Shown here: piece after piece, positions 31,768-39,839 of the stretch | Numbering within the stretch: position 1 is the first letter of the stretch | Layout of the letters: the number at the start of each line of letters is the position of its first letter | From: Nitrospinota bacterium | GTDB taxonomy: Bacteria; Nitrospinota; Nitrospinia; UBA9942 | NCBI GenBank assembly: GCA_016234205.1 | Contig: JACRGN010000086.1 | Coordinates: 1-44,273 of the forward strand | Reading direction: 5' to 3' | Length of the DNA stretch: 44,273 nt | Translations under genes and position numbers: made by a program | Notes under the pieces: generated by a model | What the model saw: the letters and a program-made list of their open reading frames with translations, nothing else | Database searches by the model: none | Told to the model about the DNA's origin: nothing

Positions 31768-33060
31768 ATGAATAGTAGAATAACTGGAATTATTATATTT
31801 TATTTTTTTATCTGGATGTTATTTGTAATACTGACATTCAAATCTGCAGATGCGCAACCGGGGTTTGCAAGAAAGCATGAGATAGCCTGTATGCTCTGCC
31901 ATTCCACCTGGCCAAGGCTGAATGAGTTCGGATTTAATTATATGCTCAATGGCTATCAACTGCCGGATACTGAAGGCGGAGGAGAGGCAGGCAAGATAAA
32001 AATTGCAGAAGACCTCCCGTTGGATAATCCAGCTACATTCCCGCCGTTTAGCCTGAGATTAGAGGGCAGAACCTATTTAAGCAGGACAACACATACAACT
32101 GCTGGTGAGAATGAACAGGCGGGGGGGCTGCTTTCATCTGGTGAAATGGCTGGCAATATTATTGGAGGGGGGACACTTACAAAAAATGTTTCTTACTGGT
32201 TTGAGCTTCCTCAAGGGTCATCTCAGGATAAGATTACGGGTCGCATAACCGAATCAATGTTTTTAGGTTTTCATAATATAGGCGGAACCGGTAATTTTAA
32301 TATCAGATTTGGCTCGCTTATGAGTTCTGACCTTGATGCTGTCCACAGCACAAGGCGGGTTATAAGCGGCAAGTCCCTTATCCCGATGCCTATGAACTGG
32401 AGCAGCGGAAACAGTACAGGCAGGGCAGGCAGTAATGACCTTGGAATTAGTCTTTACGGACGTCCCGGGTTTGGTTATTTTACCTATGAGCTCGCCGTAA
32501 ATCAGGGTAATGGAGGAAGTGCCGATAATGATAATGACCCAAACACCGCCTATACAGGGATGTTGAGGGGGGATTTTGGGGCAGTTGCTGCCTCTGTCAG
32601 ATACTTCGCCAATCCTCAGGGATTTGGAGGGACAGCAGGTAATAGAAAATACAGGAATGATGTGGGAGAATGGGTGGCGGGTATCAGGTATGCATCACAG
32701 AGATTTGACTTAGATTTTCTTTATGACACCGTATCCCAGAGCGATGTTTCATCAACAGGAATCGGGACAAAAAGGGAATCAACTGGCTTTATGATTGAGG
32801 GGCTTTTACGCCTTAGTGAATCTTTTCAATTCGGTGCAATTTATGAGACACTCACAGAAAAAGATGGCGGGACAGATTCAAATAAAAACGCTGATTTTGC
32901 AGTTGAGGGCGCATGGTATGTCACCCAGAATGCACGGATAACTTTTAAATCCCTGTGGGATTTTCAGGATGATAAATATAAAGACAAATACACCGTCGGC
33001 GGTGAACAGAAGAGTATAGATGGGAGTAAGATTACAGTCGGGTTTGATGTAGCATTATAA
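31768..33060 (+). CDS. Monohaem CxxCH + beta-barrel outer-membrane protein (Cyc2-like), copy B
   Basis: Signal peptide ...KSADA, then QPGFARKHEIACMLCHSTWPRLNEFGFNYMLNGY, the same N-terminal motif as copy A. The rest is a Gly/Tyr/Asp-rich beta-type sequence. Confidence 0.5.
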   Translation: MNSRITGIIIFYFFIWMLFVILTFKSADAQPGFARKHEIACMLCHSTWPRLNEFGFNYMLNGYQLPDTEGGGEAGKIKIAEDLPLDNPATFPPFSLRLEGRTYLSRTTHTTAGENEQAGGLLSSGEMAGNIIGGGTLTKNVSYWFELPQGSSQDKITGRITESMFLGFHNIGGTGNFNIRFGSLMSSDLDAVHSTRRVISGKSLIPMPMNWSSGNSTGRAGSNDLGISLYGRPGFGYFTYELAVNQGNGGSADNDNDPNTAYTGMLRGDFGAVAASVRYFANPQGFGGTAGNRKYRNDVGEWVAGIRYASQRFDLDFLYDTVSQSDVSSTGIGTKRESTGFMIEGLLRLSESFQFGAIYETLTEKDGGTDSNKNADFAVEGAWYVTQNARITFKSLWDFQDDKYKDKYTVGGEQKSIDGSKITVGFDVAL

Positions 33061-33079
33061 GTCAAAACAGAAACTTATT

Positions 33080-33163
33080 AGCCACGAATTTACACGAATT
33101 TACACGAATCAGATACGATGATTTACCATATAATTTAGTGTTAATTCGTATTCATTCGTGGCT
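33080..33163. repeat. Word palindrome (CACGAATT words) between Cyc2-like B and ppiD; acts as a terminator
   Basis: AGCCACGAATTTACACGAATTTACACGAAT ... ATTCGTATTCATTCGTGGCT followed by a T8 run, then the ppiD SD. Confidence 0.85.
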
Positions 33164-33186
33164 GAATTTTTTTTGGAGGTTAATAG

Positions 33187-35073
33187 ATGCTTCAGTTCAT
33201 GAGAGATTATGCAAAATCGTGGTTTATAAAAATTATGCTGTGGACAGTGGTTGCATCGTTTGTCGGCACGATGTTTTTAGTGTGGGGTATGGGAAAAGAG
33301 ACATCGGCAGGCGTTGTTGCCACAGTTGACGGCAAGAAAATAATATACACTGAATATCAGGAATTTTATAAGAGGATATTAGATTTTTATAAGAAACAGC
33401 AGGGGAATTTGAATGAAGAACTGTTCGCCCCTATTGTAAAAAAGGCTGCAATAGATTCTCTTATAACAAGAAAGCTGCAGTTATCCATTGCTAAAAAGGA
33501 GGGTCTGGTTGTAATAGATGAAGAGGTTATTGATGAGATTCAGGGGATGGATGTATTTAAAAAGGATGGCAGGTTTGATAAGGATTTATATATAAGAATA
33601 CTTCAGGCAAACAGGATGAACCCCGGTGGTTTTGAAGATGCGGTGAGGGAAGACCTCCTTGTAAAAAAGGTAGAAAATCTGATTAAGGACGGCGTGAAGA
33701 TTTCAAAAAAAGAGGTGAAGGATGCCTATGCCCGTGCAAATGAAAAGGTGGATGTTGACTATCTTATATTGAGTCCTTCCAATTTTATAAACAGGGTAAC
33801 ATTCGCTCCAGACAAAATAGAAGAATTTTATAATAATAATAAATCCCTTTTTCAAAGAGGGGAGGAGATGGTTGTTGAATATATCGCAGCAGACTCAAAA
33901 GGTTTTGAGGCGAATGTTAAAATTGAGGACAACAGGGTAAATGAATATTATAACGGGCATATAAATGAATATAAACTTGCTAAAAGGGTAAAGGCAGGGC
34001 ATATACTCATTGCTGTTTCACCTGAGGCAGATGAGAAGGCGGAAGTTGAGGGGCGGGCAAAGGCAGTAAAGGTTTTACAGGAATTGAAGGGGGGCGGGGA
34101 TTTTGCTGAGCTGGCAAAGAAATATTCTGATGACCCTAATAAGGGTAAAGGCGGTGACCTTGGCTTTTTTTCAAAGGGACAGATGGTAAAACAATTTGAG
34201 GACGCCGCATTCGCCTTAAAAGAGGGGGAACCGAGCGAGCCTGTCAGAACACCATTCGGTTACCACATAATAAAGGTTGAGAAGATTGAAGATGAGAGGA
34301 CAAAAGGACTGTCAGAGGTAAGAGATGATATTGTAAAGATTTTGAAAGATGGTGATGCAAAAAATATTGCAAAGACTGAACTTGACGGCATAAGAAAGGG
34401 TGCAGATTTAAAGAGTGCTGATTTTAATACTGTTGTAAAAGGAAAGCAGCATTTTACTGCCTCCGGGGGCGGTTTTAAAAAAGATGATAGAGAACACCCT
34501 GTCTTAAGTAAGGCTGCGTTTGCATTAAAGAGGGGAGATGTAAGTGAGATTTTAGAGGATGGCGGAAAATTTTATATATTAAAATATAAAGAGAAAAAGG
34601 ATGCATTCATACCTAAATTTGAAGAGATAAAGGGAGAGGTGGAGAAGGCATACAGGGATGAGGAGGCAAAAAAAATAGTTGACCTTGAGGCAGGCAAGAT
34701 TCTTGAAGATTTGAAAAAGGGGAAGGAGTTTAAGAAGGCAGCTGACGAACTAAAGGCTATGAAGGGGACTACAGGATATGTTACAAGGAATACGATAGCA
34801 TCAAGCATCGGGAGAGATGAAAATCTGGTGCAGACAGTATTTAATACAAAAAAGGGTGATTATAATAAGGTTAAGCTGAACGATAATTATTTTCTGGTAT
34901 ATATCAAGGATAGATTGGGAATTGATGAAAAGAAATTTCAGGAAGAGGAAAAGGAATTTACAAACAGACTGCTGACAGAAAAACAAAATTATACTTACCA
35001 GCAGTGGATTGAAAATACAAAAAAGACGGCTGAGGAGACAGGGAGGATAAAGATAACAAAAGGGTTCATTTAA
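33187..35073 (+). CDS. ppiD: Periplasmic chaperone / peptidyl-prolyl isomerase PpiD
   Basis: MLQFMRDYAKSWFIKIMLW N-terminal anchor, SurA_N-like region and parvulin domain GHILIAV...GGDLGFFSKGQMVKQFEDAAF...TPFGYHIIKV. Confidence 0.85.
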   Translation: MLQFMRDYAKSWFIKIMLWTVVASFVGTMFLVWGMGKETSAGVVATVDGKKIIYTEYQEFYKRILDFYKKQQGNLNEELFAPIVKKAAIDSLITRKLQLSIAKKEGLVVIDEEVIDEIQGMDVFKKDGRFDKDLYIRILQANRMNPGGFEDAVREDLLVKKVENLIKDGVKISKKEVKDAYARANEKVDVDYLILSPSNFINRVTFAPDKIEEFYNNNKSLFQRGEEMVVEYIAADSKGFEANVKIEDNRVNEYYNGHINEYKLAKRVKAGHILIAVSPEADEKAEVEGRAKAVKVLQELKGGGDFAELAKKYSDDPNKGKGGDLGFFSKGQMVKQFEDAAFALKEGEPSEPVRTPFGYHIIKVEKIEDERTKGLSEVRDDIVKILKDGDAKNIAKTELDGIRKGADLKSADFNTVVKGKQHFTASGGGFKKDDREHPVLSKAAFALKRGDVSEILEDGGKFYILKYKEKKDAFIPKFEEIKGEVEKAYRDEEAKKIVDLEAGKILEDLKKGKEFKKAADELKAMKGTTGYVTRNTIASSIGRDENLVQTVFNTKKGDYNKVKLNDNYFLVYIKDRLGIDEKKFQEEEKEFTNRLLTEKQNYTYQQWIENTKKTAEETGRIKITKGFI

Positions 35074-37291
35074 TCAACTTAAAATCAATCTGTCTTTTCT
35101 CTAAACTGACATTTTCAACCTTTACCTTTACCCTATCTCCCATCTTGAATCTTTTCTTTGTCCGTCTTCCTGTCAGTGAATGGTCTCTCTCATTTAAGGC
35201 ATAGTAATCATCAGCCATACCCGATACATGGATAAGCCCTTCAACAAATATCTCCTCCAGTTCCACAAACAATCCAAAAGAGGTTACGCCTGATATAATC
35301 CCTTCATACTCTTCACCAATCTTATCCACCATGAACTGGACCCTCTTTAATTCAACAATATCATTTTCTGCCGCATCTGCCGTCCTTTCTCTCTCTGAAG
35401 AGTGTCGGGCAATCTCAGGGAGTTTCTCCTTCCATAAGTCTAATCTCTTTTTTGGAATATGTTTCTTTTTTATTATTTCTTTTAAAAGTCTGTGGACGAT
35501 TAAGTCAGGGTATCTCCTTATTGGAGATGTAAAGTGGGTGTAGTTCTCAAAGGCAAGACCAAAGTGACCGATATTTTCAGGTGAATACCTTGCCTGTTTC
35601 ATGTGCCTTAAGGTTATTGTAGATATAAGCAGCTCTTCAGGTTTCCCCCTGATACTATTTAGCAGTTCCTGAAATCTCTTTGGATGAAACTTGTTCCCGC
35701 GAAGGCGGGAATCTATTTTTAAATGATAACCAAAATTTGATACAAATTCACTCAGTTCTATTATTTTTGCCGGGTCAGGTTCATCATGCACCCTGTAAAG
35801 GGCAGGTATTTCAAGTTTTGTAAAGTGTGTTGCTACAGTTTCATTCGCCACAAGCATAAATTCCTCAATGATTTTATGGGCAATATTCCTTTCTGCCTTT
35901 ATTATATTTTCAGGTTTGCCCATCAGGTCAAGGATTATATCAGGCTCAGGGAGGTCAAAATCTATACTCCCCTTTTTTATTCTTCTTTCTCTCAAAACCT
36001 CGCACAATTCCCTCATTAAATAAAAATCATTTAACAGATAGGAGTATCTCTCTTTAAGTTCCATATTTAGATTCTTCGCTTCGCTCAGAATGACATTACT
36101 TGAAACTTTGAACTTCGAACTTTGAGCTTCATTTAGTATCTCTGCCACATCTGTATAAGTCATCCTCTCTTTACTGTTTATAACTGTCTCTGCAAAACTA
36201 TAATTTATCAGTTCCCCCTGTATATCAAACTCCATAAATGCACTCAGAGTCAGCCTGTCTACATTTGGTTTTAGACTGCATATCTCATTGGAGAGTTGAA
36301 AGGGGAGCATAGGGATTACCCTGTCAGGGAAATATACACTCGTTCCTCTCTTGAATGCCTCATTATCAAGGTTATTTTCCTCTTTTACATAATGACTCAC
36401 ATCGGCAATATGAACCCCTAACATATAATTGCCATTATTAAGCCTCTCAACATATACAGCATCATCAAAATCCTTTGCCTTCTCTCCGTCTATGGTAACT
36501 ATATTTTTATCTCTTAAATCCAGTCTTCCTATGATTTCATCATCTGTAACCTCTTTTTGAACGGCATCCGCCTCTTTTAAAACATCTATTGGAAATTTTG
36601 AGGATATATCATATTTTCTCAGAACAATATCTATCTCTACATCGGGGTTATCGGGATAACCTATAATCTCTATTATCCTGCCTTCAGGGTTTCTGTTTTT
36701 TATTGGATAGGCTGTAATCTCTGTTATAACTGCATGCCCCCTCTTAGCCTTTCCGCTGTATTTAAGCGGTATATAAATATCATGGCTTATCCTCCTGTCA
36801 TCAGGTATCACAAAGCCAAAGTGGCCGCTCGGTTCGTATATACCGACTAATGTCTTATGCCCTCTCTCTAATATTCTTACAACCCTCCCCTCTCTCTTCC
36901 CGCCTTTTTGGGCTGGTTCAGCCCTGCAGATGACCCTGTCTCCGTGCATTACCTCTCTCATATTTCTTGGATTTATAAATAGGTCTTCTCCTCTGTTAGA
37001 TTCCCCTTCGCTCCGCTCAGGGTCACTACAGGCTTCAGGGATAACAAATCCATAACCGTCAGGATGCCCCTGAACAACACCTGTAACAAGATTCATTTTT
37101 TCGGGGAGCCCGAATCTATCTCCCTTTATCTTTATAATCTCTCCATCACCTGTCAGCCCTCTGATTAATCTCCTGAAAGAACTTCTTTCTTCCAAAGGGA
37201 TATTAAAACTCTTTATCAGTTCCTTCATTGTAAGGGGACGATAAACAGACTCCCGCATAAATTTTAGTATTTCCTGATTTGTAATTTTCAT
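35066..37291 (-). CDS. rnr: Ribonuclease R
   Basis: N-terminal HTH/CSD, RNB domain (DFDDAV..., HFGL...YTHFTSPIRRYPDL) and C-terminal S1 domain. Two in-frame repeat-derived insertions. Confidence 0.92.
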   Translation of the reverse strand: MKITNQEILKFMRESVYRPLTMKELIKSFNIPLEERSSFRRLIRGLTGDGEIIKIKGDRFGLPEKMNLVTGVVQGHPDGYGFVIPEACSDPERSEGESNRGEDLFINPRNMREVMHGDRVICRAEPAQKGGKREGRVVRILERGHKTLVGIYEPSGHFGFVIPDDRRISHDIYIPLKYSGKAKRGHAVITEITAYPIKNRNPEGRIIEIIGYPDNPDVEIDIVLRKYDISSKFPIDVLKEADAVQKEVTDDEIIGRLDLRDKNIVTIDGEKAKDFDDAVYVERLNNGNYMLGVHIADVSHYVKEENNLDNEAFKRGTSVYFPDRVIPMLPFQLSNEICSLKPNVDRLTLSAFMEFDIQGELINYSFAETVINSKERMTYTDVAEILNEAQSSKFKVSSNVILSEAKNLNMELKERYSYLLNDFYLMRELCEVLRERRIKKGSIDFDLPEPDIILDLMGKPENIIKAERNIAHKIIEEFMLVANETVATHFTKLEIPALYRVHDEPDPAKIIELSEFVSNFGYHLKIDSRLRGNKFHPKRFQELLNSIRGKPEELLISTITLRHMKQARYSPENIGHFGLAFENYTHFTSPIRRYPDLIVHRLLKEIIKKKHIPKKRLDLWKEKLPEIARHSSERERTADAAENDIVELKRVQFMVDKIGEEYEGIISGVTSFGLFVELEEIFVEGLIHVSGMADDYYALNERDHSLTGRRTKKRFKMGDRVKVKVENVSLEKRQIDFKLIK
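36070..36130. repeat. Half CATTCTGAG element plus CAAAGTT words inside the rnr CDS
   Basis: AGATTCTTCGCTTCGCTCAGAATGAC + TTGAAACTTTGAACTTCGAACTTTGAGCTTC, translated (minus strand) as QSSKFKVSSNVILSEAKNLN. Confidence 0.8.
36997..37025. repeat. Half element inside the rnr CDS (second site)
   Basis: AGATTCCCCTTCGCTCCGCTCAGGGTCAC, translated (minus strand) as SDPERSEGESN. Confidence 0.7.
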
Positions 37292-37300
37292 AAATAATTT

Positions 37301-37388
37301 AAGGGGACGAGGGTTAAAGAGTTCGAGGGTTCAAGTGATTGAAGCCTTTTTCACTCGACTCCTTGACCCCTTGAATCCTTGAATCCTT
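37301..37388. repeat. Word palindrome (GAGGGTTCAAG words) between rnr and rsmI
   Basis: AAGGGGACGAGGGTTAAAGAGTTCGAGGGTTCAAGTG ... CACTCGACTCCTTGACCCCTTGAATCCTTGAATCCTT. The right arm encodes the rsmI C-terminus. Confidence 0.85.
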
Positions 37389-38076
37389 TGATTATCAACA
37401 CAAACTCCCTCTTCTTCTCCCTGTTCCCGTTTAAAGACATAACGGGACAGGCTTTAATTTTTGCCAATACCTCATCTATCCTGCCTCTTAAGATTTCTTC
37501 AGTATCAGTTGTGAGGTCCATGCACAGGATAACATAAGTTTCCCTCCCCAATATATCCATAATATCTTTTAAGAGGGGAAGAAGCCTGTAAGGTGTATCC
37601 ATAAGGATAACAGGCATCTCTCTTTTAATGCTTAAAAGCTCCTTTTTCCGTATATCACTCTTGGGAGATAAAAAACCGTAATAGCTAAACTTATCAATAG
37701 GGATTCCTGCTGTAACAAGTGCAGACATGATTGATGAGGCACCTGGAACAGGGACTAATTTTATTTTTGATGAGATTGCCTCTTTTATAAGATAGTTTCC
37801 CGTATCAGCAAAGACAGGTGTTCCGCAATCTGTAATAAGGGCAAAATTTTTTCCCTCTTTTAGTTCTTTTATAATCTGCGGCGAATCCTTCTTTTCATTA
37901 TGCTCATTAAGTCTTCTTAAGGGCTTGTCAACCCCATATTGTTTTAAAAGCCTTCTCCCCTCTTTAAATTCCTCACATATCACTTCATCAACACCTTTAA
38001 GCACATTGAGTGCCCTGAGTGTTATATCTCCATAATTACCGATTGGTGTTGAGACTATGTATAGTATTCCGCTCAT
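37351..38076 (-). CDS. rsmI: 16S rRNA (cytidine1402-2'-O)-methyltransferase
   Basis: GILYIVSTPIGNYGDITLRALNVLKGVDEVICE, tetrapyrrole-methylase fold. The last ~12 codons read into a repeat arm. Confidence 0.88.
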   Translation of the reverse strand: MSGILYIVSTPIGNYGDITLRALNVLKGVDEVICEEFKEGRRLLKQYGVDKPLRRLNEHNEKKDSPQIIKELKEGKNFALITDCGTPVFADTGNYLIKEAISSKIKLVPVPGASSIMSALVTAGIPIDKFSYYGFLSPKSDIRKKELLSIKREMPVILMDTPYRLLPLLKDIMDILGRETYVILCMDLTTDTEEILRGRIDEVLAKIKACPVMSLNGNREKKREFVLIIKGFKDSRGQGVE

Positions 38077-38086
38077 AACAAAAGCC

Positions 38087-39226
38087 TCAACCTTCTAATC
38101 TCTTGCCCCTCAACTGTCCGCAGGCAGCACATATATCTGCCCCCTTACTTTTTCTTATAATAGCAGTGTAATGTCTTGAAATAAGAAGATTTTGAAACTC
38201 CTCAACATTTTTATAGTCAGGGGTCTCATAATCTGACCCTTCAAAACTGTTAAATGGAATGAGGTTAATCTTACATTTTATATTCTTAAGTATATTTGAA
38301 AGCCTTTTTGCATCCTCAATGGAATCATTTAACCCCTTTATCATAACATACTCAAAGGTAATCCTTCTATTAGGCGGAAGGGGATATTCTTTTAAAGCCT
38401 TAAGCAATTCTTCAATTGGATATTTTTTATTTACAGGCATGATTTTATCTCTCACCTCATTATCTGATGCAGCCAGAGAGATAGCCAGATTTATTTTAAG
38501 ATTCTCCTTCGCAAGCCGTTTGATTTCAGGGATAAGTCCTGATGTAGAGAGTGTTATTCTTCTTGCAGGTATCTTTAATCCATGAGGAGATATCATGGTT
38601 TTTATGGACTTGATGACATTTTCATAATTATCAAGAGGCTCCCCCATACCCATGAGGACTACATTTGTTATTTTCTTATCTTCATAATACTCAGGAATTC
38701 TGCTGAGATTGCTTCGCCTTTGGCTCGCAATGACTGTTGAAGCAGTAGTGTCATTGCGAGGAACGAAGTGACAAAGCAATCTATATTCAATTTCTCGTTG
38801 GACAGCAAGTATCTGCTCTATTATCTCAAGGTGGTTTAAGTTCCTAATAAATCCACCCTTCCCTGTAAGACAGAATGCACAGCATAATTTACATCCAACC
38901 TGTGTGGATATACATAATGTGAGCCTATCTTCATCAGGAATGAGGACACTCTCTATACTATTACCATCCTCCAATAAAAAAAGATATTTTGATGTGCTGT
39001 CAGATGAAGTTCTTTTATCGGCAATAGAGAGGCGGGATATATAGGCTGATTTGCTTAACTGCTCTCTAAGATTTAGGGAGAGATTTGTCATCTCTCCAAT
39101 ATCACTCACATCCTTCTGAAATACCCATTCATATATTTGGCGGGCTCTGTATGGTTTCTCTCCGAGAGATTCTACGAGACCTTCCATCTCCTGAAGGGAG
39201 AGATTTTTTAAATTAATCTTTTGCAT
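38087..39226 (-). CDS. rlmN: 23S rRNA/tRNA (adenine-C2)-methyltransferase, radical SAM
   Basis: YRARQIYEWV, radical-SAM cluster GCKLCCAFCLTG, MGMGEPLDN, and C-terminal ACGQL. Contains an in-frame palindromic element at 38705-38781. Confidence 0.9.
   Translation of the reverse strand: MQKINLKNLSLQEMEGLVESLGEKPYRARQIYEWVFQKDVSDIGEMTNLSLNLREQLSKSAYISRLSIADKRTSSDSTSKYLFLLEDGNSIESVLIPDEDRLTLCISTQVGCKLCCAFCLTGKGGFIRNLNHLEIIEQILAVQREIEYRLLCHFVPRNDTTASTVIASQRRSNLSRIPEYYEDKKITNVVLMGMGEPLDNYENVIKSIKTMISPHGLKIPARRITLSTSGLIPEIKRLAKENLKINLAISLAASDNEVRDKIMPVNKKYPIEELLKALKEYPLPPNRRITFEYVMIKGLNDSIEDAKRLSNILKNIKCKINLIPFNSFEGSDYETPDYKNVEEFQNLLISRHYTAIIRKSKGADICAACGQLRGKRLEG
38705..38781. repeat. Complete CATTGCGAG-type palindromic element inside the rlmN CDS
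   Basis: GAGATTGCTTCGCCTTTGGCTCGCAATGAC ... GTCATTGCGAGGAACGAAGTGACAAAGCAATCT. Same family as the intergenic copy at 5853-5931. Confidence 0.9.
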
Positions 39227-39286
39227 TTATTAAAAATAACACGGATATTTGATTGGGTCAACAAAGGCAAGACTTTAAGAATGGTA

Positions 39287-39817
39287 TTATTTCTTTTTCA
39301 GATATGGAATAAGATATCTCATCAACTCATTTAATTCTTTATCAGTCATTTCAGGAAATGAAGGCATATCCTCCCCTCCACCTTCTTTGATTATCCTTTT
39401 TACACTATCTTCTGAGACAGGGAGAGTACTTTCTTTGAATTTATCACTATATAAAAGTCCAACCAATTGTGTAGCAGAGTCATCTTGATTTTTACCGCTT
39501 AGCGAGTGGCACTTCGTACACTTTTCATTAAATGCTTTTTCACCGTCAGAAATGGCTTTTCTCTCTTCATTTACAGATTTTTTAATAAGTAATTCTGCAG
39601 CTATTCCCTCCATCTTTTTTTCAGATGTCTCTTCCATCTTTTGAATTTTTATCTGATGACGGTATTCATGAGGAATGGATAGATAATTATCTGTAAAATG
39701 AACTGTTCCTTTTTTGTCTGTCCACTTATAAAACTCTCCTGCAATCAAAGTTACAGGAGAGGATATGAGATAGATTGTAACAAATAAAAGTAAAATAAAT
39801 TTGTACCTATTTATCAT
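39287..39817 (-). CDS. DUF4124 + class-I cytochrome c domain protein (secreted or membrane-anchored)
   Basis: N-terminal hydrophobic segment, FYKWTDKKGTVHFTDN (DUF4124), haem site CTKCHS, and distal GGEDMPSF with a Met ligand. Confidence 0.7.
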   Translation of the reverse strand: MINRYKFILLLFVTIYLISSPVTLIAGEFYKWTDKKGTVHFTDNYLSIPHEYRHQIKIQKMEETSEKKMEGIAAELLIKKSVNEERKAISDGEKAFNEKCTKCHSLSGKNQDDSATQLVGLLYSDKFKESTLPVSEDSVKRIIKEGGGEDMPSFPEMTDKELNELMRYLIPYLKKK

Positions 39818-39839
39818 ACTACCTCACTAAAGGACATTA

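Noticed and set aside
33138-33329. 63-aa ORF overlapping the ppiD start
   Set aside because: It starts inside the CACGAATT palindrome and overlaps the well-supported ppiD frame, which has SD GGAGG 7 nt upstream of ATG 33187.
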